Of a stretch of 64,000 nucleotides of DNA, positions 44,901-57,489 are shown piece after piece. Every line of letters begins with the position of its first letter. The stretch's first letter is position 1. A program made the position numbers and the translations under genes. Location of the stretch: contig CATNEN010000034.1 in the NCBI GenBank assembly GCA_950097015.1, forward strand, positions 7,564,001-7,628,000. The letters are read 5' to 3'. Below the pieces are notes generated by a model. The model worked only from the letters and a program-made list of their open reading frames with translations. It ran no database searches and had not been told where the DNA came from. The stretch is from Macrostomum hystrix (lineage: Eukaryota > Animalia > Platyhelminthes).

Positions 44901-47900
44901 AGCTGAATGGAAACTGTCGCACAATGCCCAGCTGATAGGGCAGATGATCCGGATCAACATTGTCTATGGAATCGACAGCCGCTTCGGGACCCGGCGGTCG
45001 GACCACCGTGGACACCAGCTGGTCGAATTTTCTGTAGTCGTCCTGTTCCGGCTCTTCTAGAAGCCACCGGGTGCCCTGGAACATCTTCAGATCCAGCGGG
45101 TCGCCTGAGAGTTCGCCGCGGATGCGGGTAAGGGTGTGACAGGCCGCCATGGCCTCCAGGAGAGGCGACGGAGACGTCAGCGTGTGCGGCTCAGCGACTG
45201 GGCTCTGCGGCAGAAGGTTGCGGATGAGAATATTAGATCTCATCTCCTGTTGGCATGAGAATATTAGATCTCATCTCCTATTGGCATGAGAATATTAGAT
45301 CTCATCTCCTATTGGCATGAGAACATTAGATCTCATATCCTATTGGCGTGAGAATACTAGATCTCATCCACTAATGACATGAGAATATTAGATCTCATCC
45401 ACTAATGACATGAGAATATTAGATCTCATCCACTAATGACATGAGAATATTAGATCTCATCCACTAATGACATGAGAATATTAGATCTCATCCACTAATG
45501 ACATGAGAATATTAGATCTCATCCACTAATGACATGAGAATATTAGATCTCATCCACTAATGACATCAGAATATTATATCTCATCTCCTAATGACATGAG
45601 AATATTATATCTCATCTCCTAATGACATGAGAATATTATATCTCATCTCCTAATGACATCAGAATATTATATCTCATCTCCTAATGACATGAGAATATTA
45701 TATCTCATCTCCTAATGACATCAGAATATTATATCTCATCTCCTAATGACATGAGAATATTAGATCTCATCTCCTAATGACATGAGAATATTAGATCTCA
45801 TCTCCTAATGACATGAGAATATTAGATCTCATCTCCTAATGACATGAGAATATTAGATCTCATCTCCTAATGACATGAGTTTTAATATCTCGTGCAGATT
45901 TGATTATTATAAAACGACATGAGAATATGATAATCTATATTGAGATGAGAAGACTATACAAAGAGTATATAAAAGGTAAGAGAAAGATAAGTGAAGAGAA
46001 ACAGGTCATTGTGTGAGCTAGAATTCGCGCACAATACTAAAATACTGACAGAAGCCCCAAATTGCACTCTGTCCAGATGAACTGGTTTGTATGCACCATA
46101 GACCCATGAAACAAGATTGTAAAGATGAAGGCTCAGCTCATGTTCCACAATAGAGAAAGATGGTCACGAGTTGCGTCTTGTCCCAAAAGACAAGCAGTCC
46201 TGAAAGGTCCTACAATATTGGCTTGCCCTAACAGTTGCTGCCTAAAATCTAACTCAAACTCAAACATTTCCGAATGCTTGTCATTACTTCATACTTGTCA
46301 TTTAAAGTATTCTCCTAAAAATGTAATGCAGAGCTTTGTCCGAAAAAATGCCAATGAGGAGCGAAAAAACATTGTTGTGTGTCTCTTTCAGGCACTACAA
46401 AAAAAGAATATTTATGTCACTTTGTCTGCGAGTTTGGTCTGAACAAGTAATAGTTAGGGTAAGTTAGGAGGTAGAGCCAGTTTTAGGGGGTGAGAAAGGG
46501 AGTGAGGCAGTTAGAGGGGTGAGAAAGGGAGTGAGGCAGTTAGAGGGGTGAGAAAGGGAGTGAGGCAGTTAAAGGGGTGAGAAAGGGAGCGAGGCAGTTA
46601 GAGGGGTGAGAAAGGAAGCGAGGCAGTTAAAGGGGTGAGAAAGGAAGCGAGGCAGTTAAAGGGTGAGAAATGGAGTGAGGCATTTAAAGGGGTGAGAAAG
46701 GGAGTGAGGCAGTTAAAGGGGTGAGAAAGGGAGCGAGGCAGTTAAAGGGGTGAGAAAGGGAGCGAGGCAGTTAAAGGGGTGAGAAAGGGAGCGAGGCAGT
46801 TAAAGGGTTGAGAAAGGGAGCGAGGCAGTTAGAGGGGTGAGAAAGGAAGCGAGGCAGTTAAAGGGTTGAGAAAGGGAGCGAGGCAGTTAGAGGGGTGAGA
46901 AAGGAAGCGAGGCAGTTAAAGGGTTGAGAAAGGGAGTGAGGCAGTTAGAGGGGTGAGAAAGGGAGTGAGGCAGTTATAGGGGTGAGAAATGGAGTGAGGC
47001 AGTTAAAGGGGTGAGAAAGGGAGCGAGGCAGTTAGAGGGGTGAGAAAGGAAGCGAGGCAGTTAAAGGGTGAGAAATGGAGTGAGGCATTTAAAGGGGTGA
47101 GAAAGGGAGTGAGGCAGTTAGAGGGGTGAGAAAGGGAGTGAGGCAGTTAAAGGGGTGAGAAAGGGAGCGAGGCATTTAAAGGGGTGAGAAAGGGAGCGAG
47201 GCAGTTAAAGGGGTGAGAAAGGGAGCGAGGCAGTTAAAGGGTTGAGAAAGGGAGCGAGGCAGTTAGAGGGGTGAGAAAGGAAGCGAGGCAGTTAAAGGGT
47301 TGAGAAAGGGAGCGAGGCAGTTAGAGGGGTGAGAAAGGAAGCGAGGCAGTTATAGGGGTGAGAAAGGGAGTGAGGCAGTTAAAGGGTTGAGAAAGGGAGT
47401 GAGGCAGTTAGAGGGGTGAGAAAGGGAGTGAGGCAGTTAAAGGGGTGAGAAAGGGAGCGAGGCAGTTATAGGGGTGAGAAAGGGAGCGAGGTAGTAAGAG
47501 GGGTGAGAAAGGGAGCGAGGCAGTAAGAGGGGTGAGAAAGGGGGAGAGGTAGAGAATAAGGATGGGAAAGGTGCTGAGAAATGGCACTACTATCCTTAAT
47601 AAGGATAAGGATGAGCTGACATACCTGGAACATCCGGTCAGTGACCGGCACGACGCCCCAGAGGTCCAAGCCGTCCTCTGTAAGTGTGCCAGTCTTGTCG
47701 AAGCACACAGCGTTGAGGCCGCCGGAGATGTTGATAGTGTTGGGGGCGATGCAGAAGATGCCAGACTTTCGCAGCCGGGTCTGAGCGAACACGACCCCAA
47801 CGGTCATTGCAGCTGGGAGGGCGGGCGGCACAATGATGGTGACGAGGTCCAGGGCTCTGAGCATGATCTTGCCAACCGGATAGTCGCGATGCAGCATGAG

Positions 47901-50900
47901 CACAACAGTGTAGATAAAGCCGGCCAATGCGAACAGGCTGAGCACAATCAGATAGTGCAGGATATCCTTGTTGAATTTGAACTCAATTGGCTTCGGAAAC
48001 AGAATGGACCGGACCATCTCGCCTTTGGCTGTGGCAAATCCTGTACGCAGCACAACAGCCCGCACCCGACCGCTCTCAACGAACCGAGTCTGGATGACGT
48101 GGGTGCCGCAGAATAGTACATTCTTGTTGTGCTCCCGGGTGCTGATGGGACCGACTTCGGCTGAGGACAAAGCCGTCTTCAGCACTGGGACACTCTCACC
48201 CGTGAGCATGCTCTCATTAACAATGCAGTTGCCGGACACCAGGACAGCGTCACATTGCATCACACAGCCGCCTTTGGGGATCTCAATGACATCTCCTGGA
48301 ACCAGCAGGTCCGAGTTCACCGATACATAGTCTGAAACACAGTGTTGGGGATTCAACTTTGAGTTACATTTGAGCTATTAACTTCCCTACCTGATTATTT
48401 AGTAGTCACCCAAACTCCCTACCTAATTGTTGAGTAGACAGCCACCCTCCCTACCTGATTGTTGAGTAGACAGCCACCCTCCCTACCTGATTGTTGAGTA
48501 GACAGCCACCCTCCCTACCTGATTATTTAGTAGTCACCCACCCTCCCTACCTGATTGTTGAGTAGACAGCCACCGTCCCTACCTGATTGTTGAGTAGACA
48601 GCCACCCTCCCTACCTGATTGTTGAGTAGACAGCCACCCTCCCTACCTGATTGTTGAGTAGACAGCCACCCTCCCTACCTGATTTTTGAGTAGACAGCCA
48701 CCCTCCCTACCTGATTGTTGAGTAGACAGCCACCCTCCCTACCTAATTGTTGAGTAGACAGCCACCCTCCCTACCTAATTGTTGAGTAGACAGCCACCGT
48801 CCCTACCTAATTGTTGAGTAGACAGCCACCGTCCCTACCTAATTGTTGAGTAGACAGCCACCGTCCCTACCTGATTGTTGAGTAGACAGCCACCGTCCCT
48901 ACCTAATTGTTGAGTAGACAGCCACCGTCCCTACCTAATTGTTGAGTAGACAGCCACCGTCCCTACCTAATTGTTGAGTAGACAGCCACCGTCCCTACCT
49001 AATTGTTGAGTAGACAGCCACCGTCCCTACCTGATTGTTGAGTAGACAGCCACCCTCCCTACCTAATTGTTGAGTAGACAGCCACCCTCCCTACCTAATT
49101 GTTGAGTAGACAGCCACCGTCCCTACCTAATTGTTGAGTAGACAGCCACCCTCCCTACCTAATTGTTGAGTAGACAGCCACCGTCCCTACCTAATTGTTG
49201 AGTAGACAGCCACCCTCCCTACCTAATTGTTGAGTAGACAGCCACCGTCCCTACCTAATTGTTGAGTAGACAGCCACCGTCCCTACCTAATTGTTGAGTA
49301 GACAGCCACCGTCCCTACCTGATTGTTGAGTAGACAGCCACCGTCCCTACCTAATTGTTGAGTAGACAGCCACCATCCCTACCTAATTGTTGAGTAGACA
49401 GCCACCCTCCCTACCTAATTGTTGAGTAGACAGCCACCGTCCCTACCTAATTGTTGAGTAGACAGCCACCCTCCCTACCTAATTGTTGAGTAGACAGCCA
49501 CCGTCCCTACCTAATTGTTGAGTAGACAGCCACCGTCCCTACCTAATTGTTGAGTAGACAGCCACCGTCCCTACCTGATTGTTGAGTAGACAGCCACCGT
49601 CCCTACCTAATTGTTGAGTAGACAGCCACCATCCCTACCTAATTGTTGAGTAGACAGCCACCGTCCCTACCTAATTGTTGAGTAGACAGCCACCATCCCT
49701 ACCTAATTGTTGAGTAGACAGCCACCGTCCCTACCTGATTGTTGAGTAGACAGCCACCGTCCCTACCTGATTGTTGAGTAGACAGCCACCGTCCCTACCC
49801 GACTAATAAATTCTGCATGGAGGCTTGCATGTGGTACCACATTCCCACATTTACAGAGCTTTCATCATGCTCGCCCTTGGCTGCATTTGAAAAACAAACT
49901 AGAGAGTCAACTGGGGCACAGGTTTGTAGCCAAATCGGCTACATAAAATTCACGTTCCATTAACCAAAATACTTTGTACCACACCCCACCCAACGAACAA
50001 ATAGCAACGCAGTGCGGGCATATCACAGCAAAAACCAAAGTGCCATGGCTCTTACTGTCAAGACCGCGAGACACGCAGATCTCGTTTGAAGAAACCAGAG
50101 TTTTGCGTAAATTTCTCTCGTTCTACAAAGCGGAGAGTTGGTGTTAAGAGAATTATATTTGTGCGAGAAAATATTACAGTGGTCTCCTGCTGATCAAATG
50201 CTGATAACATAGCAGACAAGTTAGCTTAGTGAAGCAATTATTGGGTAGGATAACTTATCAGATTTCCTAACTAGATGTTGCAGATAACTTTTTTCCAATG
50301 CTTTCCATGCTTTGCTCGTTTTTTCTTCTAAAACTATTTAATAACGTTGCAAATAGGTTAAAAAGCTTAACTTGCCTTAACTTTCACATTTTTGTAAACT
50401 AATTTTCACTGGCCTCGCTGAAGATAAAAGTACGCGAGGGTAGAGAACGTTGAAATAGAAAAATTTACATATAATATTCAAATATATTTGATTAAAAATA
50501 CAGTAGCTGCTGGAATAGAATGGGTGAGATATACAGTAGCTGCTGGAATAGAATGGGTGAGATATACAGTAGCTGCTGGAATAGAATAGATGAGATATAC
50601 AGTAGCTGCTGGAATAGAATAGATGAGATATACAGTAGCTGCTGGAATAGAATTGGTGAGATATACAGTAGCTGCTGGAATAGAATAGATGAGATATACA
50701 GTAGCTGCTGGAATAGAATAGATGAGATATACAGTAGCTGCTGGAATAGAATAGATGAGATATACAGTAGCTGCTGGAATAGAATTGGTGAGATATACAG
50801 TAGCTGCTGGAATAGAATAGATGAGATATACAGTAGCTGCTGGAATAGAATAGATGAGATATACAGTAGCTGCTGGAATAGAATAGATGAGATATACAGT

Positions 50901-53900
50901 AGCTGCTGGAATAGAATGGGTGAGATATACAGTAGCTGCTGGAATAGAATAGGTGAGATATACAGTAGCTGCTGGAATAGAATAGATCAGATATACGGTA
51001 GCTGCTGGAATAGAATAGATGAGATATACAGTAGCTGCTGGAATAGAATGGGTGAGATATACAGTAGCTGCTGGAATAGAATAGATGAGATATACAGTAG
51101 CTGCTGGAATAGAATTGATGAGATATACAGTAGCTGCTGAAATAGAATAGATGAGATATACAGTAGCTGCTGGAATAGAATAGATGAGATAGACAGTAGC
51201 TGCTGGAATAGAATAGATGAGATAGACAGTAGCTGCTGGAATAGAATAGATGAGCTACACCAGTACATACAGACTATTATGAATGAGTCACTTACACTGG
51301 CAGTCTCATACACAGACAGGGACAGGGACAGCAGTGAGATGACCACAATGCACGAAGCGTACATTTCGTAGTCGTCGTTGAACCAAAGTAGAACGCTGAA
51401 CAGTTGAAACAGGTAGAACGGATGGAGGGCCTGTAGGGATGGTGAGTGCAATGCTTTGAGGAATTATCAGAAAGCTGGTTCCTATTACTGTTGCAGCTAA
51501 GAATGAATTAACAAAACTATCACACTATCAGTAAAATAAACAAGAATGGGGGCGAGAAGATGCGGTTAGGATATATATAGGATATAGATCAGAGCTGTAT
51601 AAAGGTGAAGAGGGTAGAGTGGAGATGGTAGAGTGGAGATGGTAGAGTGGAGATGGTAGAGTGGAGAGGGTAGAGTGGAGATGGTAGAGTGGAGATGGTA
51701 GAGTGGAGATGGTAGAGTGGAGAGGGTAGAGTGGAGAGGGTAGAGTGGAGATGGTAGAGTGGAGATGGTAGAGTGGAGAGGGTAGAGTGGAGAGGGTAGA
51801 GTGGAGATGGTAGAGTGGAGATGGTAGAGTGGAGAGGGTAGAGTGGAGAGGGTAGAGTGGAGATGGTAGAGTGGAGATGGTATTGTGGAGATGGTAGAGT
51901 GGAGATGGTAGAGTGGAGAGGGTAGAGTGGAGATGGTAGAGTGGAGAGGGTAGAGTGGAGAGGGTAGAGTGGAGAGGGTAGAGTGGAGAGGGTAGAGTGG
52001 AGATGGTAGAGTGGAGAGGGTAGAGTGGAGAGGGTAGAGTGGAGAGTGCAGTGTACATAGAAGCTAGAGAAGAAGAGATAAAAGGATGAAAAAGGGCGAG
52101 AAACAAAAACTATAATTGACAAAGGCGAAATAAATACTTTTTCAATTCAATCACTGTTGACAGACCTTGAGCACGAACAGTTTAAAAATCGGTGTCAGTG
52201 GTATGTTGACGCGATTCTCGCCGAAGCGCACCCGATGCCTCGAAGCTTCGACTTCGCTCAGGCCAGAGGTGTGGTGAAAGAATGAGCACGGTGTGTTCAC
52301 AAACACCCTGTGGGGGAGGGTGGGTTTAAGACATAAACACTACGATTTAAGAGACATAGCTTGCGGTGAACAGTCCTGAGGACCTGGGAGTGGCTCATTA
52401 ACCTGAGGATCTGGGAGAGTGGCTCATCAACCTGAGGATCTGGGAGTGGCTCATCAACCTTAGGATCTGGGAGAGTGGCTCATCAACCTTAGGATCTTGG
52501 AGAGTGGCTGATTAGCCTGAGGATCTGGGACAGTGCCTGATTAGCCTGAGGATCTGGGACAGTGCCTGATTAGCCTGAGGATCTGGGACAGTGCCTGATT
52601 AGCCTGAAGATCTGGGAGAGTAGCTTATTAGCCTGAGGATCTGGGACAGTGCCTGATTAGCCGGAGGATCTGGGACAGTGCCTGATTAGCCTGAGGATCT
52701 GGGACAGTGCCTGATTAGCCTGAGGATCTGGGACAGTGCCTAATTAGCCGGAGGATCTGGGACAGTGCCTGATTAGCCTGAGGATCTGGGAGAGTGGCTG
52801 ATTAGCCTGAGGATCTGGGACAGTGCCTAATTAGCCGGAGGATCTGGGACAGTGCCTGATTAGCCTGAGGATCTGGGAGAGTGGCTGATTAGCCTGAGGA
52901 TCTGGGACAGTGCCTAATTAGCCTGAGGATCTGGGACAGTGCCTGATTAGTCTGAGGATCTGGGAGAGTGATCCCAGATCGAAGCTTCTTTTCCGAAAGA
53001 CTTACTCAAGTTTTTCAAACTGTTGCAGCTCAGAGTTCCAAACGTATTTGAGTTTCTTGTGAAAGAAATAGCGCAACAACGAGTCCTCCTGTGTGCAAAT
53101 CAAGAGACAAGGCCAAAATGGTGAATTCTAACTTGATTAAACCGAATCATAGACATATAGTATATAGGGACTGAAAACTCACGCTGAAAGGATCCAACAG
53201 CGGAGTTGCACTGCTGGCCTCGTCAGTAGCGTGCTCATCTGGCAGGCACTGATTGAGGCTGGCCCGGCCGCGACGGATTAGGCGAACCCTGCGGGATTAG
53301 TGGCAAAGATTTCATTTATCAAATAGTGGCTTTTTACGATTCTCGTCACCTTTTATACCATTGATGTTTTATGTCTACAATTCTCACGGATTTGCCTACA
53401 ATTCTCACGGATTTGCCTACAATTCTCACAGATTTGCCTACAATTCTCATGGATTTGCCTACAATTCTCACGGATTTACCTAAAATTCTCATGGATGTGT
53501 CTACAATTTTCATGGATGTGTCTACAATTCTCATGGATGTATCTACAATTCTCATGGATGTGTCTACAATTCTCATGGATGTATCTACAATTCTCACATG
53601 AGTCTATGACTCTCAGGAGTTTGTCTACAATTGTCATAAATTTGTCTGTTTAAATTGTTTTTTGCAAAGCAAAGTTAAATAATTAATTATTAATAGCCAT
53701 TATCTCATTCAAACTCAAAGTCCAACGCAACTCAACTCAACAGTACCCCTGGTTACTAGCTCTGATAAACGTGGGAATGAAGCATATGGGAAAATACAGA
53801 ATTTAACTTGCTGTTTGTGATATCAATTAGTGTAATAACTGCTTCTATGATTATCTACGACAATTAAGTTCTGGTTCCCAAGCTTAAAGCAACTGTTCTG

Positions 53901-54978
53901 CTGGCAAATTTATCGCTTGAGCCACATTGAAGAGCATTCTGTCAGATCGGGCAAAAATAAATTGAATTTTAGCGAACCGGTTAAAACCAGTTGCATATCT
54001 ATTGACAACGGGAAAATGATACGAGAGTGCATATCAGCTGCCTTGGAAATAATGAAAAAAATTGCAGAAAAAAAACGTTTTTCACAAAATAAACATTTTT
54101 GTACAATTGTTTAAAAATGTTCTTGATAATGAAAATTGAATGTAAAAAACAGAAGGCCTTTTTGCCCTCAAGTACTAATTAAATAAGGAGGCAATATGTG
54201 CTACTGCATAAGTCGGCTGCAAGAAAAATCACAAACTTACCTAGCGCCACTCTTTGTCATCACTTGCACATCGTGCACATACACCTGGCGATATTGGTCC
54301 TGCAAGTTTTAGGAAATTTTAGGAAAGAAACCCCCCCATTATCCTCTTGCTTTCAGTGTTTCTTGATTAAAATTTAAACACAGGTATTTAACACAAAGTG
54401 CATACCTTAACAACGACCTTCTCAGCCAGGTCGAGGCTGCATCTATTGTGGGTGCAGCGCACATGCCTCTCTGGCATCCAATGGAATAGCAGGCGAAGCA
54501 GGAACCCAGTGAGCAAATAACCTAGGTATACCAGGCCTGTCTTTACAGTGCTGCGGCAATAGCCTACAATTCTCTGAAAATTTAAAGTAACAATTTGTCA
54601 TTTAATAAAACCAAACCAAAGTGAATTTAAGTGCAATATTAGGAATAAAACCAGGTATCAATCAATTTTACAATCCACATTATTCTTTTTTAATGTGTAA
54701 TTTTTTAAACATATTTAATAATAAATTCTATAAATTTATCAATATTTTCATTTGGTATGAAAGTAAAATTTCCAGATTCGTTGACTTTTTTGGTAATTTA
54801 ATTATAAAAATTAATAATTTTACTAAAACATATCATCCATAGCTAACAATAAACAAAGCTTGTGCCAATTACTTACAGACTCATCATCTTGTCCCTGGTT
54901 GAGAATCTCAGCCAGTTCAATGTCCTCTGTGTCATGGAGGGTGCTGCCGGCGCCATTCTCCACTTTCTTTAGTGTCAT
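38504..54978 (-). CDS. ATP13A: P5B-type ATPase (ATP13A2/ATP13A3-like putative polyamine transporter), 15 coding exons, ~1247 aa
   Basis: Manual splice reconstruction with GT-AG sites and consistent phases: 54978-54877, 54573-54406, 54299-54241, 53288-53183, 53088-53006, 52307-52166, 51430-51296, 50122-50056, 48331-47625, 45204-44692, 43573-43325, 42378-42115, 40281-39654, 39441-39353, 38935-38504 (3744 nt). Motifs: PFYLFQ, LVPGD, TGES, PPALP (P5B), DKTGTLT, KGSPE, MVTGDN, FARFSPDQK, MCGDGANDCGALK. Confidence 0.95.
39012..39323 (-). mobile_element. tRNA-derived SINE, family 2 (intronic)
   Basis: A box TGGCAGAGCGG and a degenerate B box; the body is shared with 43636-43890. Confidence 0.7.
39654..40281 (-). 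CDS. ATP13A: ATP13A exon (P-domain GDGAND, TM5-8)
   Basis: VGYTVGMCGDGANDCGALK..ASPFTSK..REGRCA..FLFIDL..ENT.VF.VS.FQY. Confidence 0.95.
40375..42082. repeat. Intronic 21-bp minisatellite (TACAATAGTCATCCACACCTG), ~80 units
   Basis: Source of the spurious 604-aa and 577-aa ORFs. Confidence 0.95.
42115..42378 (-). CDS. ATP13A: ATP13A exon (FARFSPDQK)
   Basis: YHLAMTGRSW..GTVFARFSPDQKAQLVEALQ. Confidence 0.92.
43325..43573 (-). CDS. ATP13A: ATP13A exon (MVTGDN)
   Basis: VERDLIFLGLLVMENRLKP..VMVTGDNILTA. Confidence 0.92.
43636..43890 (+). mobile_element. 5'-truncated SINE, family 2, with (TTA)n tail
   Basis: Closely matches the reverse complement of 39012-39260. Confidence 0.72.
43892..44660. 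repeat. Intronic 31-bp minisatellite (CTTGTCATCACACCAGTCTGTCAGGAGCAGC)
   Basis: About 25 units. Confidence 0.95.
44692..45204 (-). CDS. ATP13A: ATP13A exon (N-domain)
   Basis: AMAACHTL..GDPLDLKMF..QFPFSSSLQRMSV..KGSPE..GYRVLALA. Confidence 0.95.
45225..45880. repeat. Intronic 31-bp minisatellite (GAGAATATTAGATCTCATCTCCTAATGACAT)
   Basis: About 21 units. Confidence 0.95.
46487..47550. repeat. Intronic 29-bp purine-rich minisatellite (GGGGTGAGAAAGGGAGTGAGGCAGTTAGA)
   Basis: About 36 units. Confidence 0.95.
47625..48331 (-). CDS. ATP13A: ATP13A exon (actuator TGES, TM3-4 PPALP, DKTGT phosphorylation site)
   Basis: LLVPGDVI..NESMLTGESVPV..IVPPALPAAM..CFDKTGTLTEDGLD. Confidence 0.96.
48380..49800. 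repeat. Intronic 32-bp minisatellite (CCCTACCTGATTGTTGAGTAGACAGCCACCGT)
   Basis: About 44 units. Confidence 0.95.
50500..51255. repeat. Intronic 33-bp minisatellite (ACAGTAGCTGCTGGAATAGAATAGATGAGATAT)
   Basis: About 23 units. Confidence 0.95.
51296..51430 (-). CDS. ATP13A: ATP13A exon (TM1-2, PFYLFQ)
   Basis: ALHPFYLFQLFSVLLWFNDDYEMYASCI. Confidence 0.92.
51605..52047. repeat. Intronic 14-bp purine-rich repeat (GGTAGAGTGGAGA(T/G))
   Basis: About 31 units. Confidence 0.95.
52375..52972. repeat. Intronic 29-bp minisatellite (GCCTGAGGATCTGGGACAGTGCCTGATTA)
   Basis: About 20 units. Confidence 0.93.
53375..53600. repeat. Intronic 21-bp minisatellite (TCTACAATTCTCATGGATGTG)
   Basis: About 11 units. 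Confidence 0.9.
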
Positions 54979-55014
54979 ATCGGCAGCATAACAGGTTGCT
55001 CAAGGCACAATTAC
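54877..55014 (-). CDS. ATP13A: ATP13A first coding exon (ATG at 54978; the acceptor at 55015-55017 implies an upstream 5'UTR exon or trans-splicing)
   Basis: MTLKKVENG..ILNQGQDDES, matching the LN.GQEDEM N-terminal motif of ATP13A3-type proteins; GTAAGT donor. Confidence 0.8.
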
Positions 55015-57489
55015 CTGCAATTTAAATTTAATTTAATAAATATGAATTTATGCATATAATACTTATAGAGTGAACACAACATATTTTCTAGTTAAATTTA
55101 ATGATTAAAAACACGGCTCGCATAATGTATCTCTAAAGGAAAAATATAGTATATAAAACTCAATTGAAGTTGCTGGTTGAAAACTTTGCAAACTCAGCCG
55201 TGTTTCTTTCTTATAACTAGAACAGCTATGTATGCTAGTTGTAAGCTATCTATATATTAATACAATAATTATATTGCTGTGATTACAGTTTGATTAAGAA
55301 TTATGTGAATCAAAATAAACTCACAGCGAAGAATGTTGACGAATAATATTTAACATAAAAATCATGGTGTAGGCAGAAAATAGTCACGCGCAAAAAAGTA
55401 AATTATTGAGAAAGTCAAAAATTGCTTATCAGCTTGTCCGAAAAAGTTTTTTATTTGTAAACATATTTTAAAAGTAACTGGTGAAACTGTTTTCTTGCTT
55501 TAAAAAAAGTTATATTGAATTAATTTTAAAATAAATTTATAACTAACACCGCGCCTTAAACATACCAACGGTGTTTTACTTCTTTAAACACGGGGCAAAA
55601 CTGGGAGAATTATGTGTTCCACGTTAAACATCTCAAAAACTGCACCGGTACCTTTATCAAAGTAAAAACTAAGTAAAATAAAGGATATAAATAAATTAGC
55701 AAAGAACTTACACAGTCCTTTAAATTTCCTATAAATACTATAATTTTGTATGCATTTTATAAATCAATAAAAACATTTATAAGTAATTCCTTTAAATCAT
55801 GCAATCTACAATCGCTTAAGAATTGCTTTGGGGGATAGAAGTTTCGAACGCTTTGTCTTGCCGACGGAATTTTCTAGTCTAATTCATTTAAATCGCATTA
55901 AATATTTTTCTTTATACCATTAATCCTAAATTTACTTTTATTTTATTTTTTAATCGTGTAGCTGCGCGTTCCATTTATCCAACAAATAATCAAGCGAAAT
56001 AACCTATCACTTTGCATGGTAGCTCTTTGTAATAATAAAGTTCTGATTTCAGCTGCTTAGAAGCAGAGTACTGCAGAACACATTCCAGAAGTCCCATGCA
56101 GGTAGCATATAACACAGGTGCATAAAAAGAAACAGCAACTCAAGTCCTAAACATATTCCGATAAGCTCCAGGCACCGGACCTGAAATACTTCGAAAAAAA
56201 TATTGCTGCAGCATGAACTAATATCTGCATATTTGTTCAGATAGCAGAATCGTGTAAAGCACGCTTTTGGTGCTTCGGATGTATTTCCTAGTAATGAGCT
56301 ATAGCAAGCATTGTGTGTTATAATTTCAGACAAAATGTTATAATTTTGAGCTCTAAGGATTAGGCGTTCTTAACGAAGCAGGTGTAAAAATATCGCCGAT
56401 TACTACTTGACAGTATAAGCATTTGGATCTACTTCTATTTCGGAGGTCAACAAATCTCAAAACATCTCTTTGGCTGTGTGGTATTTGAAGGCCAAAAGTT
56501 CTGTGTGGTGTGCATTTTTAGTACAGCAGAAGTTGTCATGTTGCTTTTATAGACATATTAAACGACTAGAGCAAAAATGTTTCTCCTACAAAAAGCCTCA
56601 TGTATATGCTTTTCTGAAAATTTAAAACACAATACGAGCAATGTTGAGCAGCCTGCAATTATTTTGTTGCTATATCGCATTTACACATAAGATTTGAAAA
56701 AGCAAACACCAGTACAATGCAAATATTTTTTCTTCATACTGTTCAGGCGACAAACTTCAAACCCACCTTGTGCCCCATCTCATCTTGCCGTCATCTTTTT
56801 GTTAGACCTTGTCGACATGGATCATAGCCTCCCTCCAACAGCCAGCTAGACACACTTCACTGCTTTGATACCGCTTCTTAATGCGATGCAATTAATACGT
56901 ATCCTGTCTGAGAATGCGGGGCTTGGGGCGATGAGACGCTTGGGAAACTTTGTAATTCCCCTTTCTTGACTTGCCCAACCCCTGCATGGTCTGGAGTGAA
57001 TTGCTCCTAAATAAAAAGTGAAAAGCTTCATGCAGGGAGAACAGAACTGACAAGCGATGGATTGATAGACGCCTGGTGTGAGATTCAGGCCAACACAGTT
57101 CGCAGAGATCGCTTGGCTGGTGGCCTATGGCTCCTCAGTCAAGCTGCTGATCCCCATCCCAATATCCCCGTCCCAGATCCCAAAGTATAAGGGACAATAA
57201 AACGGGTCTCACTCCAGTGGGCCCACAACCCACCAGGAAAGTCAGTTCCGATTTTCATACACAGAAATTTCTTATAGGTATGTTGTCAATATTATCTGTC
57301 GATTGCATGAGAATAACTGTGAGAAGACTCACAGGCGGCAAGGCATGCCCGACCAAGCGAGTCAAAATCTATACCCATTGTGCCATTGTGCATGGAAGAT
57401 TCCTGCTGCTTGACAACTTGCCTGTCTTAGACCCAGCGACAATAACTGCTCGGTACCATGCAGAAGAGATGCAACATAAAATTTTCCAC

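Noticed and set aside
57300-57470. Tudor-like WYRAVI motif on the minus strand
   Set aside because: The frame closes within ~25 codons and I found no other Tudor residues or convincing splice sites.
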